Shown here: one piece after another, positions 18,549-31,500 of the stretch | How positions within the stretch are numbered: position 1 is the first letter of the stretch | How the letters are laid out: each line of letters opens with the position of its first letter | Assembly: GCA_017517685.1 (NCBI GenBank) | Contig: JAFWYK010000010.1 | Span: forward strand, 66,499 to 130,498 | Origin: Clostridia bacterium | GTDB taxonomy: Bacteria; Bacillota; Clostridia; TANB77; CAG-508 | Length of the DNA: 64,000 bases | Direction: 5' to 3' | Made by a program: the position numbers and the translations under genes | Notes under the pieces: generated by a model | Told to the model about the DNA's origin: nothing | Database searches by the model: none | The model's input: only the letters and a program-made list of their open reading frames with translations

Positions 18549-18758
18549 ACAAAGTAAATATTAATTTTCCCTGCGCAGTGCGTATGACGGAATTTTTAGA
18601 ACCTACAAGTTTTGGATACGGGAGCTGATCTCTATTTATGGCGTGCATGCTTGCATTTATGTAAGAAGCCCAGGAATATTTAGGAAGCGCCCACCTGTGT
18701 GAGTACAGGTCCATAAAAATTCTTTTAACAACTTACGGCTAGACGTGGGGGTTTTTTA
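18549..18758 (+). ncRNA. ssrS: probable 6S RNA
   Basis: GC-enriched ~210-nt segment after TTGATG-17-TATCAT (18514-18542). It folds by hand into one long irregular hairpin: 18569-75 pairs 18744-50 and 18589-604 pairs 18707-22. The apical GCGTGCATGC...AAGAAGCC resembles E. coli and B. subtilis 6S as I recall them. Ends in T6. Ends approximate. Confidence 0.55.
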
Positions 18759-18773
18759 TTGCCTAAAATCACG

Positions 18774-18802
18774 TTGACATAATGCTAAAATGATGGTATA
18801 AT
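18774..18802 (+). promoter_or_regulatory. consensus sigma-A promoter
   Basis: TTGACA-17 nt-TATAAT, both hexamers perfect. Confidence 0.7.
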
Positions 18803-18945
18803 ATGTATTGTAAGGGAGTAATTACCATATAAATTATGGAACAAAGTCAACAATCGGAAAAAAGCCTGGCTTTGTTTTAAAAGATGAGACTTATTTGCTA
18901 GTATCAAATAGGTCGATTTTTAGGAAAAGAATAATAATAGTTAAG

Positions 18946-18985
18946 AGACATATTTGGTAAGACAGCAAATATGTCTTTGTTTTTA
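18946..18985 (+). terminator. Rho-independent terminator / attenuator inside a 5' leader
   Basis: agacatatttg-loop-caaatatgtct 11-bp stem followed by ttgttttt. Lies 44 nt upstream of ATG 19029. Confidence 0.65.
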
Positions 18986-19028
18986 ATAAATAACCTTATA
19001 AAAAGAATTAAATTTTTGGAGGGAAAAA

Positions 19029-19877
19029 ATGATTACATTACAACACACACTTGTTACACTTTTGGGATTAAGAGGAAACGAAAGAGAATTAGATGAAGAG
19101 ATTCAATATGTATTGTTACCAGATGCAATTAGAAGATATTGTGGACCAAGACAATATAGTCACTTTGAACAAAGTTATGATGGTAAAGATACATCATGGA
19201 TGAAATATCCATTAAATTTAAAAGAATTATCTAAAGAAGAAGTTGAAAGATTACCAAAGCATATTGTTAGTGAAATTAAACCTTGTGTACTTGGAGAGAC
19301 AACAAGTATTGAAACATTTGAGAATCATAATACACATTTACCACCTAAATATTTTGCAGGAGCAAAAAAACATTTAACACAAGATTTTATATTTGATAGA
19401 TTTATAAGAGAGAAAATAGATTGTTCAAAGATGTATGATGATGAATTTGAATTCAATGGACAAAAATTAGATGGAAAAGGCGTAAGAGGAGCTATCGCTG
19501 ATATTGAGAATCATGGTTTATATGTTTTAGCATATATGGTTGAAAAAACATATGGTATTAAAGTAAACCAAGAATGGTTTGATAAACATGTTAAAGCAAG
19601 ACTTGATAGTGAATATTCACAAGACTTAGCTGATGGTACATATAAATATATGAAAATACCAGATGTTATTAACGAAAGAATAACAAATGGTGATTGGTCA
19701 CATTTAAATGAAGGACCTTTACCACTTAAAGATTATATGGAAATGTATGAAGAAGTTGTTAAAGAAATGCCAAAAATTGATTATGAAAGAAAAACAGCTG
19801 AAGCAAGAGTTGCAGCAGGTAAACCAGCATATGATCTTAAAACAGCTAAAGTTGGTCATGAAGAACAGGCTGAATAA
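19029..19877 (+). CDS. hypothetical protein
   Basis: 282-aa ORF after SD ggaggg. Soluble, no motif recognised. Confidence 0.65.
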   Translation: MITLQHTLVTLLGLRGNERELDEEIQYVLLPDAIRRYCGPRQYSHFEQSYDGKDTSWMKYPLNLKELSKEEVERLPKHIVSEIKPCVLGETTSIETFENHNTHLPPKYFAGAKKHLTQDFIFDRFIREKIDCSKMYDDEFEFNGQKLDGKGVRGAIADIENHGLYVLAYMVEKTYGIKVNQEWFDKHVKARLDSEYSQDLADGTYKYMKIPDVINERITNGDWSHLNEGPLPLKDYMEMYEEVVKEMPKIDYERKTAEARVAAGKPAYDLKTAKVGHEEQAE

Positions 19878-19895
19878 TAATAAATAATTTTAAAA

Positions 19896-19930
19896 GTAAG
19901 GTAGACTTTGTAAGTCTACCTTATTTTTTG
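19896..19930 (+). terminator. Rho-independent terminator
   Basis: taaggtagact-ttgta-agtctacctta hairpin followed by T6. Confidence 0.8.
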
Positions 19931-19996
19931 CCTAAAAAGGTTTAAAAAATAAAGAAAATGTGATATATAAAGGATATAAGAAGGAGCTTTAAATTT

Positions 19997-20845
19997 ATGA
20001 TAATAAAAGAAGTTTTAAAAACTGCAATTGAGAGGCTAAAAAATAAAAATATTGAAGATGCTTCTATGAAAGTAAAAATGATTTTATCAGATACTTTAAA
20101 TAAAGAAAAAGAGTATTTATTAGTTCATGATCAAGATGAATTAGATGAAGATATATTAAAAGTATTTGATGAAAGATTAAATAAATTAATAAGTGGTAAG
20201 CCAATACAATACATATTAAATAAACAAGATTTTATGGGGCTTCATTTTTATGTAGATGAAAATGTTTTAATACCACAACCAGATACAGAAAATTTGGTAG
20301 AAGAAGTTATTAAAATATCAAAAACATTAAAAATGAGTAAGGAACAATTAAAAGTTTTAGATATGTGCACAGGAAGTGGAGCAATTGCTGTTTCTTTATC
20401 TAAATATGTTGATAAAGCGTTAATATATGCTTCTGATATTAGTATAAATGCATTAGATGTAGCAAAGAAAAATGCAAAAAGTAATTCTTTGGATATAACA
20501 TTTATACATTCAGATTTGTTTAATGATATCGAGATATCAAATCAGTTTGATATTATAGTATCAAATCCACCATATATCGAAACTGAAGTTATAAAATCTC
20601 TTTCAAAAGAAGTTCAAGAAGAACCTATTATAGCTTTAGATGGCGGTAAGGATGGATTAGATTTTTATAGGGAAATAATTAAATGTGCTAAAGAGTATTT
20701 AATAAAAGATGGTTATTTAGCATTAGAAATAGGATATGATCAAAAAGATTCTGTTATAAAACTTTTACAAGATAATGATTATAAAAATATTTATTCAAAA
20801 AAAGATTTATCAGGAAATGATAGAGTTGTTGTTGGTCAAAAATAA
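19997..20845 (+). CDS. prmC: peptide chain release factor N5-glutamine methyltransferase PrmC (HemK)
   Basis: SAM-binding DMCTGSGAIAV and catalytic SNPPYI motifs. 282 aa. Confidence 0.85.
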   Translation: MIIKEVLKTAIERLKNKNIEDASMKVKMILSDTLNKEKEYLLVHDQDELDEDILKVFDERLNKLISGKPIQYILNKQDFMGLHFYVDENVLIPQPDTENLVEEVIKISKTLKMSKEQLKVLDMCTGSGAIAVSLSKYVDKALIYASDISINALDVAKKNAKSNSLDITFIHSDLFNDIEISNQFDIIVSNPPYIETEVIKSLSKEVQEEPIIALDGGKDGLDFYREIIKCAKEYLIKDGYLALEIGYDQKDSVIKLLQDNDYKNIYSKKDLSGNDRVVVGQK

Positions 20846-20864
20846 ATAAGATAGGAGATAAAAC

Positions 20865-21725
20865 ATGTCTTTCTCATCAGAAATAAAAGAAGAATTAAGT
20901 AAAGTAAATAATTTAAAAGATAAAAAGCTTTTAGAAGCAGAATTTTTAGGTTATATATTAACAGGTAATACTGTAAATAATAATCAAAGTATAGAGTTTA
21001 TTACTGAAAATGAATTTAATATAGAAAGATTTTATAAAATATTGTTTAATTTAGGAATAGATTATGAACCAAGTACTAAAGGAAAAGTATTTGTTGCTAC
21101 TATCAATATTAATGAAAATCTTGAAGAATATATGACGTTAAAGTTAGATGCTGAAGAAGAGGTAAGAAAAGCTATTGTTAAAGGTGCATTTTTAGGTGCA
21201 GGATCTGTTAATGATCCAAATAAACAATATCATTTAGAAATTACATTCGGTGAACTAAATAATGCTGAATATATATTAAATCTTTGTAAACAATTTGGTG
21301 TTTTCTTAAAAATAATGGAAGTAAAAGAAAGAATTGTTTTATATATAAAAGAAGCTGAAGAAATTTCAAAATTCTTAGCATTAATAGGATCTAATAAAGG
21401 TGTATTAGCATTTGAAGATGTTAGAATAACTAAAGAAGTAAAAAATAATGTAAATAGATTAGTTAATTGCGAGACAGCTAATTTAAATAGAATTGTTAAT
21501 GCGTCAGTAGATCAAATTAATGATATTAAATTATTAAAGAATTTAAATAAGTTTGAAGAGCTTCCAGATTATTTAAAACAAGTGGCTTATTTACGTTTAG
21601 AAAATCCAGATGCATCTTTAAAAGCATTAGGAGAGATGCTTGAAAAACCACTTGGTAAATCAGGAGTAAATCATAGATTACAAAAGATACATGAAATAGC
21701 TGAAGAATTAAGAAAGCAAGGGTAA
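20865..21725 (+). CDS. whiA: DNA-binding protein WhiA
   Basis: MSFSSEIKEELSKV start, a degenerate LAGLIDADG-like middle, and a C-terminal HTH (LGKSGVNHRLQKI). Slightly short at 286 aa. Confidence 0.75.
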   Translation: MSFSSEIKEELSKVNNLKDKKLLEAEFLGYILTGNTVNNNQSIEFITENEFNIERFYKILFNLGIDYEPSTKGKVFVATININENLEEYMTLKLDAEEEVRKAIVKGAFLGAGSVNDPNKQYHLEITFGELNNAEYILNLCKQFGVFLKIMEVKERIVLYIKEAEEISKFLALIGSNKGVLAFEDVRITKEVKNNVNRLVNCETANLNRIVNASVDQINDIKLLKNLNKFEELPDYLKQVAYLRLENPDASLKALGEMLEKPLGKSGVNHRLQKIHEIAEELRKQG

Positions 21726-21728
21726 TTT

Positions 21729-22874
21729 ATGGAAAAATTAGGAATTTATGTTCATATACCTTTTTGTAAAAAGAAATGTAAATATTGTGATTTCATTTCT
21801 TTTTCTTGTGATGAGGGAAAATATAAAGAGTATATAGATGCATTAGAAAATGAAATAAAAAATACTAGTAAAAATATTGTGCCTAATATTCATGAAGTTT
21901 CTACTATATATATAGGTGGTGGCACACCATCATTAATAGATCCAATATATATAGAAAGAATATTAAAAACTATATATCAAAATATTAAGGTGGCTGGTAA
22001 TGTAGAAATAACAATCGAAATAAATCCAGGAACTGTTACAAGAGAAAAACTAGAAACGTATAAAAAGCTTGGAATAAATAGATTGAGTATTGGTCTTCAA
22101 ACAACTGATGACAAACTTTTAAATTTAATTGGAAGAATTCATACATATGGAGAATTTTTAGAAACATATAATACTGCAAGAGAAATTGGATTTACAAATA
22201 TAAATGTAGATTTAATGCTTGCTTTACCAACACAAACAGAAAAAATATTAGTTGATAGTTTGTTAAAAGTCATAAAGCTTAATCCAAATCATATATCATT
22301 ATATTCTTTAATTTTAGAAGAAGGTACTGTATTAGAGAAAGAAATTGAAGAAGGAAAATATGAATTAGTAGATGAAGACTTAGAAAGAAAGATGTATCAT
22401 AAAACGAAGAATATTCTAGAAAAAAATGGATATAATCATTATGAGATTTCTAATTTTGCTAAAAAGGGATATGAATCAAAACACAATTTAGATTGTTGGG
22501 AACAAAGAGAATATTTAGGTTTTGGTCTTGCAGCACATTCATATTATAGAAATAAAAGATTTTCTAATACAAATGATTTAGATGAATATATTAGAAATAT
22601 TAAAGAATTTAAATTTACTAAAAATGTGGAAACTCATGAGATTCAAGATAGAGAATCAAAAGCAAAAGAGTTTATGCTTTTAGGATTAAGAAAAATAAAT
22701 GGAGTAAGTATATCAGAATTTGAAAGACGATTTAGAGTACATCCTTTATTCTATTTTAGGTTTGAAATTAGTAGGTTAGATGAAGAGGGATTGTTAGAGG
22801 TAGATTTAGATAATATTAGATTAACTAAAAAAGGTTTAGACCTTGCAAATCAAGTGTTTGAGGCGTTTATATAA
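21729..22874 (+). CDS. hemW: radical SAM heme chaperone HemW (HemN-like)
   Basis: YVHIPFCKKKCKYCDF CxxxCxxC motif and GGGTPS. Canonical position upstream of hrcA. Confidence 0.85.
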   Translation: MEKLGIYVHIPFCKKKCKYCDFISFSCDEGKYKEYIDALENEIKNTSKNIVPNIHEVSTIYIGGGTPSLIDPIYIERILKTIYQNIKVAGNVEITIEINPGTVTREKLETYKKLGINRLSIGLQTTDDKLLNLIGRIHTYGEFLETYNTAREIGFTNINVDLMLALPTQTEKILVDSLLKVIKLNPNHISLYSLILEEGTVLEKEIEEGKYELVDEDLERKMYHKTKNILEKNGYNHYEISNFAKKGYESKHNLDCWEQREYLGFGLAAHSYYRNKRFSNTNDLDEYIRNIKEFKFTKNVETHEIQDRESKAKEFMLLGLRKINGVSISEFERRFRVHPLFYFRFEISRLDEEGLLEVDLDNIRLTKKGLDLANQVFEAFI

Positions 22875-22923
22875 ACGCCTTTAAATATGCCTATAAAATG
22901 CTTAAAAAATAATAAAATTTCTA

Positions 22924-22980
22924 TTGACAAACGGTAAATAAAGTTATATTATATTAGCAGTCAAACATCAAGTTTGCTAA
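22924..22980 (+). promoter_or_regulatory. hrcA-operon promoter plus degenerate CIRCE operator
   Basis: TTGACA-17-TATTAT, followed by TTAGCAGTC-N9-GTTTGCTAA (22954-22980). Consensus is TTAGCACTC-N9-GAGTGCTAA. Confidence 0.7.
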
Positions 22981-22993
22981 AAAGAGGTGTGAG

Positions 22994-24019
22994 ATGTCAG
23001 AGAAATTGGATAAAAGAAAGAAAAGAATATTGCAAGCTATTGTTGAAGAGTATATTGAGACTGCAGAGCCTGTTAGTTCTGGAAACTTAGTTAAAGAACT
23101 TGAAGTAAGTAGTGCTACAATAAGAAACGAAATGGCTGAACTTGAAAAAATTGGTTTTTTAGAGAAACCACATACTTCAGCTGGACGTGTACCTTCACAA
23201 AAAGGTTATAGATACTATGTTGATGAGCTTATAAGAGATGATAAGCTAAGCAAAAAGGAAATGGAATTAATCAGAGAAAGATTAGAAACAAAAGTTAATG
23301 CTTTAGAAGATTTAACAAAAATTGCTACAACGACATTATCAGAAATAACACATTATACAACAATAACAATTGCACCTGATGTACAAAATCATGCAATTAT
23401 AGATATAAAATTCGTTTTACTTGGTAGTAGAGTTTTGATGGCAGTAATATTAACTGACTCAGGAATAATAAGAGAATCAATTATAAAGTTTGATGAAGAT
23501 ATTTCTGATGAGCAAGTAAATGACTTAACATTTATATTTAAAAATAAACTAGTGGGAAAACCACTTGAAACAATGAATTCACCATTAGAAGAATTTATAA
23601 TGGCTGAAATGAAAACAGGAATAAATATTATTAAAAAAGTAATAGAAGAGATTAATAAAATTATAAGAGAATCTCAAGCTGTGTATCTAGATGGAGCAAA
23701 TAAGGTTATAGATATGCCAGAATTTAAAAAGGTAGATGTTGCAAAAGACTTTTTAAATGTGCTAGATGCAAAAGATTTAGTGGCAGATGTATTAAATACA
23801 GGTGTTGCTGATAATATTAATATTTATATAGGCGAGGAAACTGAAAAAGAAGAATTAAAAAACTTTAGTATAGTGACATTCAATCATTTATTAGAAGATA
23901 AAGATATCGGTACAATCGGTATTATTGGTCCAACAAGAATGGATTATTCTAAAGTAATTTCAGTTATGAAATACATAAGCAAAAAAATCAACGATGATTT
24001 TAAAAAAGGAAAATTCTAA
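22994..24019 (+). CDS. hrcA: heat-inducible transcription repressor HrcA
   Basis: RKKRILQAIVEEYIETAEPVSSGNLV N-terminal winged helix. Operon position. Confidence 0.9.
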   Translation: MSEKLDKRKKRILQAIVEEYIETAEPVSSGNLVKELEVSSATIRNEMAELEKIGFLEKPHTSAGRVPSQKGYRYYVDELIRDDKLSKKEMELIRERLETKVNALEDLTKIATTTLSEITHYTTITIAPDVQNHAIIDIKFVLLGSRVLMAVILTDSGIIRESIIKFDEDISDEQVNDLTFIFKNKLVGKPLETMNSPLEEFIMAEMKTGINIIKKVIEEINKIIRESQAVYLDGANKVIDMPEFKKVDVAKDFLNVLDAKDLVADVLNTGVADNINIYIGEETEKEELKNFSIVTFNHLLEDKDIGTIGIIGPTRMDYSKVISVMKYISKKINDDFKKGKF

Positions 24020-24037
24020 AGAAGGTGGGTATTAATT

Positions 24038-24517
24038 GTGGAAAACGAAGAAAACGTAGTAAATGAAGAAGTAGAAGTTAAAGAAGAAACAATTTCACTT
24101 GCAGAGTATAATGAATTAGATGATAGATTCAAAAGAATGCTTGCTGAATTTGAAAATTATAAAAAAAGAAGCCAAAAAGAAAAAGATGGTATTTATGGAA
24201 TGATTACTGGAGATGTTGTTGCAACAATGCTTCCAATAATGGATAATTTAGAAAAAGCAGTTGATGCAAAAACAGAAGATACAGCATATCAAGATGGAGT
24301 AAGACTTGTAGCAAGACAATTTGCAGATGCCTTAAAAAGATTAGGGCTTGAAGAAATTGAATCTGTTGGAGTTAAATTTGATCCTGAATTCCATGAAGCT
24401 GTTAGTCATATAGAAGATCCTGAAAAAGGAGAACAAGAAATTGTTCAAGAATATAGAAAAGGCTACAAAATTGGAAATAAAGTTGTAAGACATTCAATGG
24501 TAATAGTAGCTAACTAA
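24038..24517 (+). CDS. grpE: nucleotide exchange factor GrpE
   Basis: RMLAEFENYKKR and FDPEFHEAV motifs. GTG start after SD gaaggtggg. Confidence 0.9.
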   Translation: MENEENVVNEEVEVKEETISLAEYNELDDRFKRMLAEFENYKKRSQKEKDGIYGMITGDVVATMLPIMDNLEKAVDAKTEDTAYQDGVRLVARQFADALKRLGLEEIESVGVKFDPEFHEAVSHIEDPEKGEQEIVQEYRKGYKIGNKVVRHSMVIVAN

Positions 24518-24581
24518 TATTGTTTTTAAATTTTTAATTTATATATTAACTAAAGAGAAATTAAACAATTTATTTGTTTAA

Positions 24582-26492
<1,911 letters not shown>

Positions 26493-26584
26493 TTTGTAAT
26501 CAAATGATGGTTATAAGAGAGGTCAGATTATACTCTGGCCTCTATATAGCTATTATATTGAAATTATAGGAGGAAATAGTAGTA

Positions 26585-27739
26585 ATGGCACAAAAACGTG
26601 ATTATTATGAAGTGCTAGGTGTATCAAAGAGTGCAACAGATGAAGAATTAAAAAAAGCATTTAGAAAACTTGCAAAAAAATATCATCCTGATGCAAACCC
26701 AGATAATAAAGAAGAAGCAGAGAAAAAATTTAAAGAAGTAAATGAGGCATATGAAGTTCTTTCAGATAAACAAAAAAGACAAATGTATGATCAATTTGGA
26801 TTTAATGGACCACAAGGATTTAATGGAGGCCAAGGTGGAGGATATTATTCATATGGTGGATTTGATGGATTTAGCGGTTTCTCAGATTTTGGTGACTTTG
26901 GAGATTTAGGAGATATATTCTCATCATTTTTTGGTGGAAGTTCTACAAGAACAAGATCATCAAATGGACCTAGAAAAGGTGCAGATTTAAAAGTAAGTAT
27001 TGATATATCATTTGAAGAATCATATTTAGGAATTGAAAAAGAAATTAGTATTAGTAGAAATGAAAGATGTACAGAATGTGGTGGAAGTGGTGCAAAACCA
27101 GGAACATCACCTGAAAAATGTTCAGTTTGTAATGGTGTTGGTAAAATAAAACAAATAGTTACAACGCCATTTGGACAAATGGCAACACAAAAAATTTGTG
27201 GACATTGTAATGGAGAAGGAAAAGTTATTAAAGAACCTTGTTCTGTATGTCATGGTAAAGGATATTCTAAGAAAACAAAGAAAATTAAAGTTAAAATTCC
27301 TGAAGGAATTGATGATGGAAGAGCAATAGTATTTAAAGGTGAAGGTGAAGTTGGACCAAATGGTGGACCAAATGGAGACTTGTATGTTGTAGTACATATA
27401 AAAAGACATAGTATATATTCAAGACAAGCAGAACATGTTCTTTGCGAAGTACCAATAACATTTACTGGAGCTGCTCTTGGAACAGAACTTGAAATCCCAA
27501 TGGTTGATGGAACTAAAGAAAAATTTAGAATACCAGAAGGAACACAAACAGGAACAAGATTTACTATTAAAAATAGAGGATTCAAAAGCGTTAATGGAAA
27601 TTGGAGAGGTGATTTTGTATTTACAGTTATTGTTCAAACACCTAAAAAGCTTACAAAAGAGCAAAGGGATTTGTTTACAGAACTTGCAAAAACAATGAAT
27701 GAACAACCACCAATTAAAAGAAAAGGTATTTTTGGATAA
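26585..27739 (+). CDS. dnaJ: molecular chaperone DnaJ
   Basis: J-domain with HPD (KKYHPDANP), G/F-rich linker, four CxxCxGxG zinc-finger repeats. Confidence 0.95.
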   Translation: MAQKRDYYEVLGVSKSATDEELKKAFRKLAKKYHPDANPDNKEEAEKKFKEVNEAYEVLSDKQKRQMYDQFGFNGPQGFNGGQGGGYYSYGGFDGFSGFSDFGDFGDLGDIFSSFFGGSSTRTRSSNGPRKGADLKVSIDISFEESYLGIEKEISISRNERCTECGGSGAKPGTSPEKCSVCNGVGKIKQIVTTPFGQMATQKICGHCNGEGKVIKEPCSVCHGKGYSKKTKKIKVKIPEGIDDGRAIVFKGEGEVGPNGGPNGDLYVVVHIKRHSIYSRQAEHVLCEVPITFTGAALGTELEIPMVDGTKEKFRIPEGTQTGTRFTIKNRGFKSVNGNWRGDFVFTVIVQTPKKLTKEQRDLFTELAKTMNEQPPIKRKGIFG

Positions 27740-27746
27740 AACAATT

Positions 27747-27776
27747 AGAGACTGTAATCAAACAGTCTCTTTTTTG
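27747..27776 (+). terminator. Rho-independent terminator
   Basis: agagactgt-aatcaa-acagtctct hairpin followed by T5. Confidence 0.8.
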
Positions 27777-27880
27777 TTACCAAAAAGATATGTTGTAATT
27801 TACATAATATCTTGAAAAGAATATTTAAATACGGTATAATAAAAGAGTAATGTTATATTTTGTAAAAGAAGGAAAATATT

Positions 27881-28510
27881 ATGAAAAAAGAAGAAATAAC
27901 AAGTAAAGAATTAAAACAATGCATTTGTTTAAAAACAGGAAAATTAAATTTTTCTGAAGTAACAGATGAAGATATTGAAAATATCACTGAAATTGATTTA
28001 AGAGGCGTTAAATTTAATGGAGAACCAACAGATGTAATTCTATCTGAATTAGATGTTTTTCCAAATTTAAATGGCCTTATGATTTCACATTTTGACTTAA
28101 AAGCAGAAGATATCGAATCAATCGCAAAACATGATAAATTAAAAGTTATTCAATTCTCATCTTGTGATTTTGAAAATATTACAACTATTGATTTAAATAA
28201 TCTTGATATATTAGTATTTGTAGGTTGTACAGATATGACAAAATTAAAAATGCCAAAATCAAGAGTATTAAGAGTAATTGGTAGTGAATTGAATTTTGAT
28301 GGTGTTGATCCAAGTGTTGTTGAAAAAATGTTAATTCAAAATTCATTAGTAAATAATTTCACAGGTCTAGATTCAAATGATAATTTAGTTGAAGTAAATT
28401 TTGATGGAACTACAATTCTTGATAAAGATGGTAAAGAAGTAAAAGATGTAAAAGTAATGCCACATGTATCATTTAGTAGAGAAGATGAGTTCTTACCAGA
28501 AGATAGATAG
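27881..28510 (+). CDS. leucine-rich-repeat-like protein, unknown function
   Basis: 209 aa with repeated LxxLxL-type units (ITEIDLRGVKF, FPNLNGLMISHFDL, LKVIQFSSCDF, LDILVFVGCTDM, LRVIGSELNF). No signal peptide seen. Confidence 0.55.
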   Translation: MKKEEITSKELKQCICLKTGKLNFSEVTDEDIENITEIDLRGVKFNGEPTDVILSELDVFPNLNGLMISHFDLKAEDIESIAKHDKLKVIQFSSCDFENITTIDLNNLDILVFVGCTDMTKLKMPKSRVLRVIGSELNFDGVDPSVVEKMLIQNSLVNNFTGLDSNDNLVEVNFDGTTILDKDGKEVKDVKVMPHVSFSREDEFLPEDR

Positions 28511-28527
28511 AATAGGGGTTTTTTATA

Positions 28528-31500
28528 ATGAATGTTAATTTAAAAAGTAAAGAATTAATTAGTTTATTTCAAAATAATGGTATCTTAACTCCAAGTATTG
28601 CTCAAAAAAGAGCAAATAATATTGAGATTAATTTAACTGGTCCAGTATCAAATGAATTAATAGAAGATATCAAACAAATTGCATATGAATTTCCTAACTT
28701 GTTAAGACATATAACTGTAAAGAATAATACAGATAAACCAATTGACATGCAAAAATTAGTTGATGCAATTGGTGAAGAAAAACGTTTTAATTCAAGATTT
28801 AAAAAGTTTATATCTTTTAAAGTCGAATCTACTCATAGAGAAGATTTTAATTTAGATTATGGAAATTTAACTCATGTAGATGGAATTGCACTTACAAATA
28901 CAGATCCAAATGCAATTGCTAGTTTAAATCTAGCTACATATAGACTTCCACAAGGAACTAAAGATTTAACTTTAGATGGATTTGATTTATCAACAATAGA
29001 TTTAAATTTAGCAAAAATCAAATCACTAACATTATCAGGAAGTAGAAATGTTGGATTTAGCAGGATGATGGGAAAAGATGGCTTAACATCATTATATGCT
29101 ATGAGAAGACAACTTGATAGTGAAGTAAGAGATATTATTGATTTTGCAAATAATTCAAGAAATTTACATACATTTGGACTATCTGATGTTAATCTTCAAG
29201 GAATGAAAATATTAGAAGTATTAAGAAATCCTGGATTAGCAGCAATTGTATTAAATAGAGTTGGATTAAATAGTTTAGATGGTTTAGAATTCTGGAATGG
29301 AAAATTAGATAGATTAAGCGTAATAAATAATCAATTAGGAATTTCAGATTTAGAAAGACTAAATGAATTTAGAAGAGTTAATAATGAGACATATGTTTCT
29401 TTAGGTGGAAATTCTGGAATAGTAACACATTTTAGAAGTTTATCAACAGAAGACTTTTCTCCACAAACAACAAGAAGCATTGCAGATTCTTTTACAAATG
29501 AAGTAAAAGATATGCCTAATAGAACAAATACATTAACATATTTGGCTGGAAATAAATATATGCCTTATTCAATCTATGATGCAGAAAGAGTAAGAGGACA
29601 AGCTAAAATAACATTAAATCCAATGTTTATTGAGAGAATGTCAGATTTAGAATCATTTGATTTTAATCAACCGCATTTAGCTGGTGGAACATTATTATTA
29701 ACAGTAGAACAAGTTGAAAGAATGATTGCTTTAAATAAACAAATTCCAATGAACATTAGTATTGGAATAAAAAATGCATCAGAACTTTCAAGTGAGAAAT
29801 TACAAGAAATATATCAAAAAGTTAAAATTACAGATATAAGAATGATTGGATCTGATATTAGTGATAATCAAAGAGATCCATATACACCAATAGAATATGT
29901 TAGAGCAAGAGAGTTACTAGATGAAGTTGTAAGTGGAATTGATCCAAAAGAATCTGATATTGATAAGTTTACAACTATTTATACAAGACTTGCCAAAACT
30001 ATGACTTATGATTATAGTGCTATAAAATCTGATACTGCAGCACAAATGAGACATTCAAGTAAAGTTTCAAACACATCAAGAAACTTAATTGGTGGATTAT
30101 CATCAGGACAATGTGTATGTGCAGGTTATGCTGAAACATTAAGAAATGCATTAGCATTAGTCGGAATTAGAGCAAGATATATTAGAGGCAAATGTTATGA
30201 TGATCCTGATTATACATCAAGACATGCATGGACTCATGTAGAACTAGCTAATTCAAAAGGTGAGAAAAAATGGTATCTTGCAGACTTAACTTGGGATTCA
30301 CAAGAAGCAACACGTGCTGGAGATAGAGCTAATTATAGATATATGTTAATTGGTGAACCTGATTTTAGAAAAGATCACCAAGTTACATATACAAAATATA
30401 TGCATCAATCAAGTGTAGAAGCTTTTGATAGAGATGAATTAAGAAGAGCTATGGATAAAGCAAATGGCAGATTCTTAAATCCTAGAGTTTCACTTAAAAA
30501 GAGAATGGAAGAACGTGAAAAAGCAAGAAAACTTGAAGAACAAAAAAGAAAAGAAGCTGAAGAGAAGAAAAGACAAGAAGAATTAAAGAAAAAATCTGAA
30601 GAAGAGAGAAAGAAAGAAGAAGAAAAGAGAAAAGCTTTACTTGAAAAAGTATCTTATGAAGGACTTGCAGATTTAAAAGGTAAAAGAGATAAAATAAAAA
30701 CTGAACTTGATAGTATATATGCTTTATTAAGACAAGTTAAAGATCTTCCACATGAAAAACAAGTTGATTATAGAAATAGAGCTCAAAAAATAGAAGAAGA
30801 AATTACAAAAATGAATTCTGATATTGAGACATATAAAGATCAATTATACACAAAAGAGATGAAGGCTCAAAATGAAGATAAAGCAAGACTTGAAGAATTA
30901 ATGAAACAAAAAGAAGAGCAAGAAAAAGCAGCAGCTAAGAAAGAAACTAAAAAACAAGAACTTCCAAAACCAAGACCAGTTGTTGAAGTTAATAAAGATT
31001 TCTTGGATGCAGCAAAAAATGCAAGAATTGCAATGCTTGAATCAATGATAGCCAATAGAGAAGCAGTACTTATTGGATATGGCGATAAAGCTCATCAAAA
31101 TAGAGAAATAGAACTTGCTGAATGGAAAAAAGAACTATCTGATCTTAAAACTGGAAAAATCTATGATTCATTAGTTGAAACAGCTAAGAAAAATGAGATA
31201 GAAGATTTAAAACAAAGAATTGCAAATCGTGAAGCTATGATAGCTGGACGTGGTGATTCATTAAATCCAATAAGATTTACAGAACTTGAAGAATGGAAGA
31301 AACGTTTAGGTTTATTAGAAGGTAACGAAACAGTTCAAGGTGAAACTGTTAAAGAAGAACCAAAACCAGAAGCACCAGTTATAGATCCAATGTTATTACA
31401 AGAAATTGCAGGGTTAGAAAAACGTATCAAAGAAAGAGAAGCAAGAATGGCAACTCTTACAGAAAGAGAAGTTACTGTATTTGAAAGATTTGAATTAAAA

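Noticed and set aside
18520-18714. 64-aa minus-strand ORF.
   Set aside because: It coincides with a structured, GC-enriched RNA-like segment that has its own promoter and terminator on the plus strand (probable 6S RNA). It has no SD.
18549-18758. Alternative identities for the structured RNA: SRP/4.5S RNA, tmRNA, RNase P RNA, retron msr-msd.
   Set aside because: It has no SRP domain IV motif in the right order, no tRNA-like end or tag ORF, no GAGGAAAGUCC-type RNase P motif, and no reverse transcriptase nearby. The single long bulged hairpin fits 6S better.
26500-26560. Hairpin agaggtcaga...tctggcctct after dnaK as a terminator.
   Set aside because: No U-tract follows, and dnaJ is expected to be co-transcribed. 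At most it is a partial attenuator or processing site.
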